DNA of 62,981 nt, filler included, from Dugesia japonica (Eukaryota): NCBI GenBank assembly GCA_001938525.1. It is 6 parts of 6 records of this genome, joined end to end, with 100 filler letters (N's around TTAATTAATTAA, not from the genome) between each part and the next. Parts side by side here need not be neighbours in the genome. Positions count along the whole stretch, not along the records: positions 11,351 to 20,855 come from MQRL01503959.1; positions 20,956 to 32,599 come from MQRL01560024.1; 4 more parts are not named here. One strand, written 5' to 3'. The notes below the pieces were generated by a model. The model searched no databases and was not told the DNA's origin. It saw nothing but the letters and a program-made list of their open reading frames with translations. The translations under genes were made by a program, and so were the position numbers. Below, in pieces: positions 13,343 through 25,666 of the stretch. Each line of letters opens with the position of its first letter. The stretch's first letter is position 1.

Positions 13343-16300
13343 CTTGTTGAAAGTTGGAACCCAAATCTTGAGAAAGATAATATGGAGTAAATGGGGTATT
13401 AATGGCATTGCGTGCCATTACCATGAGTTTTTGTATTCGAGATTTAATTTCATTTTCCGGATCAGGTGAACATCGGATATCGACTCCGATCATTTGTCCC
13501 AATGAGTTGCGGAAATCATTCAACTTGAAACAATAATTTAAACTGGATTTGTTAATTAAAACTGAAAACTACTTTCATTTCTCGACGCCTCATTTCTTCC
13601 AATAATTGTCTAGCTTGTTTGAATTCAGTATCGCGTTTTCCTTGATGTGCCAAAATATGACTCTTCTCTTCGACTTGTGATTTTAGACCAGCAATTTTTT
13701 TTGCTTGACGCTGACGAACTTTATCCAATTTTTCCACAGTTTCTGTTAATTGTTCTAATTCTTCTTGTTGTTTATGCTTGAATTGTTTATGGATTTCAAA
13801 ATCTGCCGACTAGAATTGAAATTTCCAATAATTTTCAATCAATACTTTGCTAAACTCACTTGACTTCTAACAAGTGCTCGACGCAACTCTTCAATTTCTA
13901 ATTGTGATTCTTCCAGTTGATGCTGTAATCTATGAACACGATCTCTATTGGTTTCGTTTCCCATGGAACATGGCATTGTATTTCCGGATTTTGAATATTC
14001 TAACAATCGTTTGTCTAACAATTGAATATGCAATTCTTTTGCTTCTAATTCTTCTTTTAAAGCTGTAATTCGCTTTGATTGTTTCTGTGAATCACTATTT
14101 GGGTTATTTATTGAAACACATCTCGGACATTTCCATGAGCCACCAGATAATTTTATCATCAACTCTTGACATCGACCTAACAATTATCATACATTTAGCC
14201 AATAGAAGTAAAACTGGAACACAAACAACTTATTGATCAATTTCCCCAATTNNNNNNNNNNNNNNNNNNNNNNNNNNNNNNNNNNNNNNNNNNNNNNNNN
14301 NNNNNNNNNNNNNNNNNNNNNNNNNNNNNNNNNNNNNNNNNNNNNNNNNNNNNNNNNNNNNNNNNNNNNNNNNNNNNNNNNNNNNNNNNNNNNNNNNNNN
14401 NNNNNNCTTAAAAATCCACTCTAAAAAATCAATTAGTCATTGGATAAATTGGGAAAAATATTGGTGAATCATACTAATATGACACAATTTTTCAACAATT
14501 AACAGTATATTTCAATGTACAAAATTCATCAACGCGAAGAACTGGATATTTTCTAAATATGTTATTTCAAATCTCAAACTGAGAACATACAAATATAAAT
14601 AATTTATAATTTATTAATACAGGGTTATGAAAGGTTATAGTTACATGTATGCAAGCTTATATTTACATATATACAAGGTTATATTTACATTTATGCAAGG
14701 TTATATTTATATTTATTAAAATAATAATTAAAAATTAGTGAAATAACAATTTAATACAGCACATTAATTGGTACATAACAATAAAAACTAATCAATTAAT
14801 TTTTATATAAAATATTCTTTGCGATTTGATTTTTCAATCTAATTTTTCATGTTGCTGTAGAGACGGTTGATGTGTACAAATAGCAGGGACGTAATCAGTA
14901 CAAGCTAGTAAGCTGCACTTACTAGGAATTCCTCGTTCATGTGAAATAATTAAAATTCACAATCCCTATTACGACAGTATTTCACAAAATTGCCCAACTA
15001 TTTCTAGTAAGGTATACTCATTGAAACTGGGATTGTAGCACGAGGAGGCCCCGAACATCTAAGGGCATCACAGACTTATTATTATTGCTCTTTTTCATTT
15101 AGCTAGAACCTATTTATTCTTCTAAGAAGTGATTATTTACGAATTAAAATAAATACACTATTTATCAAGTTAGAGTCTCGTTCGTTATCGGAATTAACAC
15201 GAAAAATCGTTCCACCAACTAAGAACTGCCATGCACTACCACCCACTGAATCAAGGAAAGTTATCATCTGTCAATCCTCATAGAAATAACATTTCTTCCG
15301 TTATGAATATTTAATAGATTTTTAAATGCCATCCGTCTAGTCGCTTTTGTCATATGACATTTATCATTTAATACAGAGCTGTAAAAAACGCGGCACATGA
15401 ATCATTTTTCGATCATACATATATTATTTCAGGAAAAGTTAAATATTACTTCCCATCAAATAATACATACGTTATCTGCTTGTCACCAAGATTCAAGGGA
15501 AGACAAGCGGCCAAGCTTCAAAATGTTTTTCTCCGAAAACTAATGAACGGTCGTAAAACGTACGCGCCGATGACTTTTGCTTGAATTTTCGTATCATCAG
15601 CTCAACAATTCAATTGACAGTTTCATTTCAGCAAGGCTCTTGTTCTTCAATTACAAGGTCTCAGATAGTGTCGGTAAGTTCAATTACCGTAGCCGTTTTA
15701 ATTCCAGTTATCAATTATAATTATGTTTTTTAATTGGGCAAATTTACACAATGAAAAAACACAATTAGAGTTTCTTTTCGAGAATTCTTTCTCGAGAAAT
15801 TTTAACTCAGGAAATCGCGAAATTCGAGAAAGTCAGAAAACAAATTTTCTTAAAATATTTCTTATATTCTAACGAGTTATTGTGCTTTCTAATATAATTT
15901 TAAAATTTTCTTAGCCTACGTACTATAAAGAGACTTACTGTAATGAATAATTTTTAAAATTTTTATTATATTAGTCTTTTCAATTACACACACACACATA
16001 TAAATATATATATATATATATATACATTCCTACATATATTATATATTCCTAAAAATCCCTCTAATGTTATGGAATTAATTTTTGCATGTTACGAGAAAGT
16101 TAAATTGGAGTATATAAACCAAAATATAAAATTGAAAAACCAAAATAAGAAAACTAATATTTCAATTGATGGATGGAAAAGTTTGAGAAACCTTGATACT
16201 TGAATGTGCATTTATATAATAATGAAAATTCACTTGATTTGAGACTGGCAAGAATACATGGCACTTGCCCGGCCGAAAAAGCTTTAAATTTAGTTGACGA

Positions 16301-19300
16301 AATGTTAACAACATTTAAATTATCATTCGAAAAAGACGTAGTTGTTGTACCAAGTAATGCCGCAGCGGTAATGGAGAAATTCAGAAAATTATCTCCTTCC
16401 ATTCAACAACTCTGTTATAATCACGCAATCCATCTTGCGGTTATGAAAGTTTTTTAGACTAGAAAAGCCAACATTGAATCATTTTCTAAAGATGAAGATG
16501 ATAATAATATTGAAAGTGATTCTATATAAGATAGTGAAGAAGATGTCGTTGAGTCAGATGTAAAACTAGTTTTAGCACAATCTGTTCGTGAAACCATTGA
16601 TGCTGTCTGGAAATTTGTAAAATTATTCAAAATCTCACCAGTGAGAAATTCTATTCTTCAAAAAGAAGTTGTTGCTGTTGAAAAAAGAGAACTACAGTTA
16701 ATTCCCGATTGTAAGACTCGCTGGAATAGATTAATAAATACGATTGTCCGATTTATGAAGCTTGTAGAACCTATCATTAAAGCTTTAAATGAAATAAAGT
16801 TATCGTATCTGTTGAAAAAAGAAGCCTGCTGTAGAGGAGCTCAGCAAACATAATGCAAATCTATTGATCAGCGAAGGTATACTTCATTTTTTATTTAATA
16901 ACTTAAAAAATCAAAATAGAAGCATGGCCAATGAGTTGTTAGATGAATTGAAAAATTGAATTTAAACGTCGTAACATACCTTTAATTTCACTAATAAAGT
17001 TCTTAAGCAATCCAAAATTCAGTCAAAAAATGACGATTTTTTTAAATCATCAAAAAAATCAGAAATGTTAAAACTAGCAAAATCACTAATGATAAGACTT
17101 TTTAGTAATAAAATTAACGATGGTGTTTGATAAAGTTGAATTAGAATTTATATCTCAAATGGAAACTGAAAATGCTATTGCAAAAACTTTGCACGACCAA
17201 TTAAAAAGTTCAATATCTATGTATAAAGACACGACAAAGCCTCACGAAAATAGTGAAACATTTTGCTCAATGACAAAAGAATTTAACATTTACGAATGTA
17301 CTGGAGAAATTACTCAAAATTTGCAACAATTATTTAATGTGCTACTAACAATAAGATCTACTTCAACACAAAATGAACGTAATCTTTCAACTTCTGTAAC
17401 GTTTATTACGAAACTTCGAACTCGGTTATCGGACAAATCAGCAAATATCAGCAAATTTTGAAATATCATTTTAAGAAATGAAATATTTTTAAAAATATTC
17501 AAACAAATCGACTTGTATTTATTTTAAAATTGAAAATTTATATTATTCTCAAAATTCTCGAGAATTAAAATACTACGAGAAATGAGAAACCCTATTCAAG
17601 ACCATCAAAAAAAAAACAAATAAACCACAAAGTTACTTGCGTTTATTGGGATTTTGTACGCTAGGGGAGCGTATGTAGCAAATTCGCTAAATGCTTTTTA
17701 TTTATGGTCCAAGGAATGGGGACCAGCTTTTTTTTCTAATACGATGCCCAGGGATGAATTCATGCAAATTCTTCGATTTGTCCGATTTGATAATAAAAAA
17801 AACGGAACGATCTAAACGTTTACACACCGACAAATTTGCAATGATTTCCGAAATATGGAATCAATTTATACACAATAGCCAATGCTGTTATAAACCTCAC
17901 GAGAATATTTCAATAGACGAGCANNNNNNNNNNNNNNNNNNNNNNNNNAAATTCACACAATATATGCCAAATAAGCCGCACAAATTTGGCATAAAGTTTT
18001 GGTTGGCAGTAGATGTTCAATATAAATACCTTATAAATGGGTTTCCTTACTTAGGTAATTATTGTCTTTAAACTTAGTTCTCCAGTAGATAGAGATAGAT
18101 TTTCTTCTTGATTTTACTGGAGGAGTTCGTTCAACTTCTAGCACAATTGAGTCGGAACTATTATTCTTCTTCATTTGTAGATCTTTGAATTTCATAGGTT
18201 TGATAGATGAGGCCTTCCTAGTGATGATTTGTTTGGTAAGTTGATTCAGAATTGCAGAATCTGAGCCACCTGATTGGGACAGATTTAGAGTCTAATGTTC
18301 CTTTACTACTGCTTCTTGACGGTCTGCCGGGAGAAGAAATACTAGTTTTTGAATTATTGATATTTTCCATTTTACGCGAAACTATTTTGGGTTTCGTAAC
18401 ATTTTCCTTAGATTTCTTTATCTCAACTGATACTCTAATACTGTTTCTTGATTTACGAGGAGAATTTTCGGTCTTCAGATCATCAGTTTTTTTGTCAATG
18501 ATGTTTGATAATATTTCCGGTGAATTCACAATAACAACTTTCTTTTTCGACTTTTTTCTCTCCATTTCCGATTTTTCGTTATTTTCCGGAATTTTATTTT
18601 CGATAACTATTTTCTCTTTTGATTTGTTGGAGACAACTGATTTTCGAACATTTTTAATGGGTTTGCTCGTTTTTGTAAACTTCTTCCAATAAATTTTTCA
18701 CATGTTTAAAATGTTGGCATTCTTCAATAAAGTTATTTTCTAAATCTCTCTGATACATTTGGCACAACTTTGCAGCACGCTTTCTAATTATACCTTTATT
18801 TATATTTTTGAAAAATTACCGTCCCAAAAGGCTTGCTTCCTGCGGCTCATTTAGTGCTGTGGTTAGGGCGACCCTTGGGAGGTTCCTAGAGGTTGAACAA
18901 TCCTGATTTAATGTTTTAATGATTATTGATTATATCAAAAATTTTATCATTTTTGTCATTTTCAACATATTTTCAGATATTTTAATTATAAAAGATATTC
19001 AAAAAATAATTGTAATAAAAATCATTAAAAATAATTAGAAAAGGTAAATATTCGATATAAATCAGTAACAAAATTAATTAATTCATTAAAATAAAAGCGC
19101 CGATCAAATTATATTTGTTTTTGATAGTATTTCTAAATATTTGAAATACTATCAAAAACAAAAATAATTTGATCGAAGCTACTACTTTATATTAATGAAA
19201 TCTCAAAATCGATAAATGGTTAAGTCCAAGAATTATTCTCACAATAATTCTAGCAATTGTAAAACTATTAAAATCGAATTTTAATGAATCCTTTAATTAA

Positions 19301-19676
19301 TTGAAAAGATAATTAACCTTCTAAAAGATCCAATAATCCAAGAGTATCTTTATCACTAGGAAGAAAATCAATTTGAAGCAAGTCAGCCAATTTTTGCACA
19401 TAACGAATTATCTAAATAAAGAAAACAGTTTTTTTGTAAAATAAATAATAAGTAGCAATGGCTATCATAATATACTCTATCTTTTTCACATTTGATATTA
19501 TCCCGTAAAATTTCCTGAGCTCCCAATTCATCTTCGAGTGATTTTATTTTATTTAATAATTCTTGTTTCATATTATCTGAATCTTTCGATTTATCTTGTA
19601 ACTGTTTACCAGTTTCATATTGAGACTCGAATTGTTTTTGCAACATCAACACTCGTTGATCAAGTATTTCGGCAGC
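13343..19676 (-). CDS. CCDC170: Coiled-coil domain-containing protein 170-like (partial; exons 19676-19476, 19411-19318, 14176-13860, 13809-13573, 13523-13343)
   Basis: Phase-compatible GT-AG exons; SLEDELGAQEILRDNIKCEK, ELEAKELHIQLLDKRL and EEMRRREMKLNDFRNSLGQMIGVD..PENEIKSRIQKL parallel the CCDC170 C-terminal half as recalled; 5.1-kb TE-filled intron 14177-19317. Confidence 0.75.
14631..14717 (+). repeat. 22-bp tandem repeat x4
   Basis: Unit about CAAGGTTATATTTACATWTATG. Confidence 0.8.
14856..15281 (-). pseudogene. 18S rRNA 3'-region fragment (diverged)
   Basis: Antisense SSU landmarks TGTGTACAAA..GCAGGGACGTAATC, CTTACTAGGAATTCCTCGTTCA, CATCTAAGGGCATCACAGAC, GTCTCGTTCGTTATCGGAATTAAC and CCACCAACTAAGAAC.GCCATGCAC. 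Confidence 0.92.
15766..17594 (+). mobile_element. hAT transposon with both termini and a disrupted transposase (~16150-17480)
   Basis: TIRs TAGAGTTTCT / AGAAACCCTA; subterminal (C)TCGAGAA repeats; motifs LCYNHAIHLAV (CxxH), DCKTRWN and TSTQNERNLS; no matching 8-bp TSD seen. Confidence 0.85.
17630..18057 (+). mobile_element. piggyBac (PGBD4-like) transposase fragment
   Basis: TMPRDEFMQILRFVRFD, DKFAMISEIWNQF..YKPHENISIDE and QYMPNKPHKFGIKFWLAVD..YLINGFPYLG. Confidence 0.9.
18070..18785 (-). mobile_element. Lys/Ser-rich ORF remnant (probably TE-derived) preceded by a short hAT-like segment
   Basis: Open K/S-rich frame 18218-18690; AAKLCQMYQRDLENNFIEECQHFK at ~18700-18775 resembles ZMYM1-type hAT transposase; lies in the CCDC170 intron. 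Confidence 0.35.
19078..19260 (+). repeat. Fold-back copy of the pLTR/hammerhead family with its axis on the AAATATTT palindrome
   Basis: TTTGTTTTTGATAGTATTTC-TAAATATTT-GAAATACTATCAAAAACAAA followed by the family tail. Confidence 0.75.
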
Positions 19677-19954
19677 CTGTGTCAAGAATAGAAATGTAAG
19701 AGATTTTTTCTAAACTTTTTATTGAAAAATATTGAAATCAAATTGACAGATATTCTATATATAATTTACAGGGGTTTTCATTTGAAACTAATGACTTTTG
19801 AAAGAGGTATGTGATGATCAAAGTATCCATTGGAGGTCGATATACAAATAAGCAAAGACAATCAAGAGCAAGACTCCATTGAAAAATGTCATAAATAAAA
19901 TTGATAATTAATAATATTCTTTAAAATATAAATTATAAAGACATATAATAGTAT

Positions 19955-20170
19955 TATAATTACAATTATTGTGAGAATAATTGTTGGACATAACCATTGA
20001 TCGCATTTGAGATTTCATTAAAATAAAGAAAAAACTTCGATCAAAATAAAATTTATTTGTAAAACAGTTCAAATTTTCGACAATAGTTTTCTTCAGGAAC
20101 ATCTGGTTTTTGGTTCTATTGTCGAAAATACATTTTATTTTGATCGAAGCTTTTTCTTTATATTTATGAA
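19955..20170 (-). repeat. Fold-back copy of the pLTR/hammerhead family
   Basis: Arms CTTCGATCAAAATAAAAT..TTTTCGACAATAG / CTATTGTCGAAAA..ATTTTATTTTGATCGAAG plus the family tail. Confidence 0.75.
20067..20100 (-). ncRNA. Minimal type-I hammerhead ribozyme-like motif
   Basis: GTTC-CTGAAGA-A-AAC-TATT-GTC-GAAA-AT-TT-GAAC: both core boxes intact, stem I GTTC/GAAC, one stem-II mismatch. Confidence 0.6.
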
Positions 20171-20855
20171 ATATATAATAGTAGTACTTATATTATGTAG
20201 TAATAAGGAAATCTTATGAAATAAATTTAAGTGAAAAAGTATATTAAATTCAAGTAATATTTTTATGCAAAAACTATAATATTAAAAAGTTAAAAGTGGA
20301 ACAATAATAAACACAGTTAAGAAATACAAAGAATGAAAAATTAATGAATCACATCTATTAGTTAAATTCAAAACCTCACAACTCTTCATAAATTTTTATT
20401 TATTATTACAAGTTTTTTTGAATAAAGTAAAAAATGATGAACAATTCATAGTATTCAAATAAATAATCTGAGAAATTTCCAATAAAATATTATAAAAATA
20501 TCGATTTTAATTCTACAAAAATATTTATACTTTACATATATTTTTTAATTATTTTTCTACATTATTTCTTTAAAATAATTTATACTTTTATAATTTTGCC
20601 TAATATAATATATACAAATTATCTAAATTAATTTGTATTTAAAAATGTTTTATATTTTAAAAATCTCTTAAGTACATTTTTTACAATAATATTTGAATTA
20701 AATTTTAATATAATATATATAAAAATTAAAAAATCTCACAGATATTTAAAATCTATGAATCATTACATAAATCAATAAATATATTTTCGTTCTCGACAGT
20801 TGTTGAAACTTGTTAAAACAATTTCTTATAAAATAATAATAGTACAAAATATAAT

Positions 20856-20955
20856 NNNNNNNNNNNNNNNNNNNNNNNNNNNNNNNNNNNNNNNNNNNNT
20901 TAATTAATTAANNNNNNNNNNNNNNNNNNNNNNNNNNNNNNNNNNNNNNNNNNNN
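20856..20955. other. Artificial scaffold linker
   Basis: N44-TTAATTAATTAA-N44. Confidence 0.95.
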
Positions 20956-22189
20956 TTTTCGTTTAATATTTCCGGTGTAAGGTGTTTATTAAATAATTTA
21001 TTGAAATATTATTCTTTTTATTTCTGAATTTATTATTTGAGTTTTCTTTAATCGGTTCATCATCTTCTTGAGCATTTTCAATTATTAATTTCCTCTTTTA
21101 TTATATTTTAATTTAATGACCACTTGTTTCTGAGTTTATTTAATTCGTTAACAATAATTAAATCTTAACATTTCGTTGTATTTTTGAGCTTTTAATTTAT
21201 TTCGATGATCAATTTACTTGTTTCTTTTATTCTGATTATCATTTTCTCTTCAATTCTCTGATTTTCATAATCTTTAATTTACCGATTTGTTAAAACCGTT
21301 ATTTTTTATTCTTTATTATCGCTTTTCATTTTCCTATTTTACTTTTATTACTTTTCATTTATTCTTGATCATCATTGTCTCTTCTTTTCACTGGTTTGTT
21401 TGGGTTTCCCATTTATTATATTAATTGGCCTGTTTCAGCCCAACAAATTTAATCTAAAATTTTAAATTTATTTAAATGTGATTTCCAATTAGAGCATAGA
21501 GTTTTAATTTGTTTGAATTAACAAATGGTGATGGATATAGTTTTGTTTTGTGAATAAATGAAACATGTATAACCACGTTTGCTAGGTAATTTTAAAAATT
21601 CGTAAATATTTTTAAAATTTAATTCAATAAGGTTTTATTATATCAATGTTTATTAGTTTAAATTTTTTAATGTAAATTTGAAATTTAATTATAAAGTCTT
21701 ATTTAAAATATTTATTTACAAAAGTTTAAAATGTAAATATTTAGTGAAAAGTTTAATAATTAGATTTTATCGCTTTATTTTTTAAATTATTTCAAATTAG
21801 GAAGTTTTATATTTGCAAAATAAATATAATAAATTTGTTTAAATTTATTATTATTTAAAAATATAAATTAGGAAAGGCAAGTTTTGAAAGAAGCGTTCAA
21901 AAAGTAAGAAGAATTTCAAAGAAGAATTATTTGTATTTTAAATAAAGTATTGAATCAAAAGTCTTATTTTAGTTGATTTAAATGAAGAAGAAAACAAATT
22001 AAACTAACAACGCTAATAAGACTTAAAAGAAATCTTATATAGAGTGAAGTTTTCAAATATTTTTAACGAACAAAAAAATTAAAGAGAGTTACATCCTATA
22101 ATATTGAAAACACTGGCTACCATCTATATTTCTACTCTTAACATGAAAAAACATAAAGAAATATTGTTAAAATCATTGATTACGCTGAG

Positions 22190-23830
22190 AGTTTCTGTTA
22201 ATTAGACTCCACTCTATCTATCTTGATGAGGACAAACTCTTCCACTTTGAATTCTGTATTAGTAGTAACTTTTGAAATTTCTTTTTAGTTTTATCTGAAA
22301 CTTCTGACTTGTATCACTTTTCTTTGCTAATTTTCTTTCCAAATACGTTCTCAGCTGTGATCTTTCCAGTTGTCTTCTTCCTCATAAATTCTATTTCCGG
22401 TAAAAGATCTGCTCAGTCCGTTGTCTTTCTCTTCCGAAGTGTTGTATTAAGTAAATCTCGAATTGTCCTGACCTGTTTTTCATTTTCTCTGCTTGAAATT
22501 TGATGACAGATACTCGAAAAGCGAAGTTTAATATCTAGCTTCTGTGCAAACTCTCTCTGGAATTTTGATAATCGAGTCTTATTTCACTTTGGCATCCAAC
22601 ATTTAATATCCAATTCTCAAAAATAGTTTTCATATTGTTTTCTCACCTTGTCTAGGCAGTGTGCTATAATATCTAGATATCTACTGAACTGGTCTATTAT
22701 TCAAAGAATGTATTTTTTCATCTAGTAATTTCCTGCATTGGTTCACATATATATGCGAATATAACTTCAAACAAATTGGTAGCTTCTAATCTTTTTATCT
22801 TCTTACTACTTCTTCTGACAAGTTTCATAGGTGCAAACTATCACATTTATTTGGCTCCACAAATTCTTTGCTATGTATTTGTCTCTCATATATTCGTACA
22901 CCTTTTCAACTTTTGCATGACACAATATTTTGTGTATTTCTTCTATTGTTTTATGTATTTTGTAAACCAGATTTTTTGTTCTCGTGATTAAATCTTTTTC
23001 TTCAGAAATGTTTAATTGATAATCTTTTTCTTTTTTGATTTTGCGTTCTATACTCTTGTTTTAATCTTTCATTTTTTAGCATCTTCATGTGACATTTGAC
23101 ATTGNNNNNNNNNNNNNNNNNNNNNNNNNNNNNNNNNNNNNNNNNNNNNNNNNNNNNNNNNNNNNNNNNNACCATGTCTAAACTAGTGAGATGATTAATT
23201 CATGTCTGAATTTGTGACGTAATTCGTTTCTTCATCGCCATCATGATTGTTAGAGCTTTTTAATTTGTCCTAAGAATATATCTTCTACCGTATAAATAAT
23301 GTTTGAAATGGATGCAGAAATAATAAACATCCAATAACTCTTTCAATGTGACGCAGTATCCCTTTACATGACTCGTCATTGAGTGTGATCCATAAGCAAC
23401 AACTCTGTAACTCCCTTCATCATCTCTTTAAGAGAAAACTGCTTCAAATGTATTGAAACTGACATCCATATTTAATATAAATTCTTTGTTTGCGTCTAAA
23501 AAACACAATACTAATACCGTCATTAAAGATTTCTTCACGATACTACACGAAAAATTTCCCATTTTACCCATCAAATGTTTGATACCAACTGATAGAAAAT
23601 GAATATTAAAATATATCTCACTTAAAAATTTCAAATACAATAGTTTTCCTAACAATGATATCGAGAAATGAAATATTTAGCTCTACGGGGACGGTTAAAA
23701 TTTTTTGTTTTAAAACCTCCATCATCAAGAAAAGAATCAAAAAATATCTATACATTACCCAAAAGTGGTTATTATGCATTAGACCTCGTTCTCTTTGGAC
23801 ACTGTCACTTACCCTGATCTCTCAATAAAA
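22190..23830 (-). mobile_element. Decayed Gypsy pol (RNase H, integrase)
   Basis: FLDANKEFILNMDVSFNTFEAVFS, VVAYGSHSMTSHVKGYCVTLKELL and TIRDLLNTTL..D*ADLLPEIEF. Confidence 0.8.
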
Positions 23831-23971
23831 GATGATATCTAAATACGTTGAAGCAATTTTCCCTTAAATATTTATTTAATTGTTATATTTCCGTTATTTA
23901 TAATTCATTTTTAAACGATATATCATAATTATATACTATAAAATATTATATTTTGATAATGATAAAATAAT

Positions 23972-24605
23972 GAGGCTAATGTTGGTGCCAACCGAGAATC
24001 CATTGCAACACCATATTTCTGGAGAACCAATCATTATTGCATTAAAAATTAACATCTTTACAACAAAATGTCAAAGTTCTCTTATAGCTGTATCATCAAA
24101 TTTATAATTTAAATTCGTGTAATGATTTGCCCAGAGATTTACACAGGTATCGGTGGTCTCATTTATAGGAAAGTTTGTGAACAGATTAATATATCAAAAG
24201 AAACTATAATTTCCTTATCTGATATAAGTTGTTTATTTTTTTAAGCAATTTACGAATTCAAAAGTATCCTTACATTCTCTATCATTACATATTAATGGTT
24301 TAAGTATTTTCTCAAGTATGTTAGCAACTTTGTATTGTGCTGTATTTATCATTGATTAACCTGTATTAAAGGAATGTCAGGTTTATGTACTTTTAGTAGG
24401 CTATAAAACTTTGCATACTGACTTCCATAGCATAACATAGAATTTAAAACTAAACTTTTATATCTGATCTCCTTTTTTAAAATTTATTTAGAATTTTTAA
24501 TAATCGATTTTCATCATTGATTGGGGGTTTAAGTATTTGTATTCATCATTTTACTTTTATAATCGTTCTTGATCATGATCATTAGTCCATTGCCTTTTAT
24601 CAAAT
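23972..24605 (-). mobile_element. Penelope-like RT fragment, paralogous to 2450-2790
   Basis: FYSLLKVHKPDIPL, VSFDILICSQTFL region and GVAMDSRLAPTLA; clear nucleotide similarity to 2446-2780. Confidence 0.85.
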
Positions 24606-24624
24606 TTACAAATGCTCAAAGATC

Positions 24625-25100
24625 AATTTATTCTATTATATACCTAGATATATCTGAAGCATTCGATCATATTAACTGTTAAAGTTTTTAATTCAAACTT
24701 ATTTTATTTCTTAAACTTATTTTGTCTAAGAAAATTCTAACTTAATATTAAAGAATTAACTGTATACAATCTATGACTCAAACGGCAAATGTTATTAATA
24801 AACTTATTATATTAATTATTCCAGTACTGATTTAAACGACTAAACTAAAAGCATTAACTAGAATTNTAAAAAAATTTAATAAAATACAATTTGAAATAGT
24901 CAGTATAAACACTAATATAAAAAACAATCAAATCATCAATCATTACCATTTACTTCATTAATTAATTTATTATGGAAAACCTTTAATTATTTCTCGCTAG
25001 CAATATGTGACGCACAAGCACCACCGAAACTTATAACTCTTCAGACCAATTCATTATTGGATTTGCAGACGGATAAATTTAACTCTTTCAACAGATCTTT
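24625..25100 (+). mobile_element. Possible CR1/L2-type LINE RT remnant
   Basis: IIYLDISEAFDHI at ~24634 and an FAD-like motif at ~25062; heavily decayed. Confidence 0.35.
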
Positions 25101-25230
25101 TATCATTNCTATTATATAACTATTATATAACATTAAATAAAAATTATTATGGTTCATATGTTTATAATTCTTTAAATCAAATAAATTCCATGATAAAATG
25201 TGAAATTATAATTATCATATTAGTAATTAC

Positions 25231-25322
25231 ATTAACACTAGATTTACAGAATGATTCAATTTGCCATGTAAATATAAAGCAAATTGAGTCAAATTGATTC
25301 AGTCTGTAAATCAAGTGTTAAT
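25231..25322. mobile_element. ~90-bp palindromic MITE flanked by TTAA
   Basis: TTAA-CACTAGATTTACAGAATGATTCAATTTG ... CAAATTGATTCAGTCTGTAAATCAAGTG-TTAA. Confidence 0.65.
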
Positions 25323-25437
25323 AAGTTAAATTATTGTTATTGTATTAATAAATTAAAATTAAATAACAAAATAACAACGTAAACTGAAGTTAAAAATGCC
25401 AATTTGTCAATTGATATTAAATTGAATGTTAAAGTTT

Positions 25438-25666
25438 CAATTGCAATTATTGCGAGAATAATTGTTGGACATAACCATTGATCGTTTTATAGAATTAATT
25501 TAATATAAAAGCTTTGATCAAAATTTTGGTTTTTTACTGATATTAGATAACAAATCGATATTTCGACTTTTTAGTCAATTCCTGACGAAGACAAGGTCAA
25601 AATATCGAATTGTTATCTAATATCAATAAAAAAACCAAAGCTTTGATCAAAGCTTTTATATTAAAT
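25438..25666. repeat. Best-preserved fold-back copy of the pLTR/hammerhead family
   Basis: ~70-bp inverted arms 25499-25568 / 25596-25665 plus the family tail at 25438-25497. Confidence 0.85.
25576..25612 (+). ncRNA. Minimal type-I hammerhead ribozyme-like motif
   Basis: CAATTC-CTGACGA-A-GAC-AAG-GTC-(A)AAA-TA-TC-GAATTG: 6-bp stem I, 3-bp stem II, palindromic stem III; G of GAAA is mutated here but retained in the inverted arm. Confidence 0.65.

Noticed and set aside
15320-15710. Possible Helitron or other coding remnant
   Set aside because: Composition looks coding-derived but no motif could be assigned convincingly
18252-18692. 146-aa hydrophobic plus-strand ORF and similar antisense ORFs (57401-57796, 61438-61665, 50960-51172)
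   Set aside because: Shadow frames of real or TE-derived coding sequence on the opposite strand
18820-18903. GC-richer AG...GT-bounded segment as a CCDC170 exon or rRNA piece
   Set aside because: In the required phase it hits a stop (GGA TTG TTC AAC CTC TAG); rRNA similarity is limited to GGATTGTTCA
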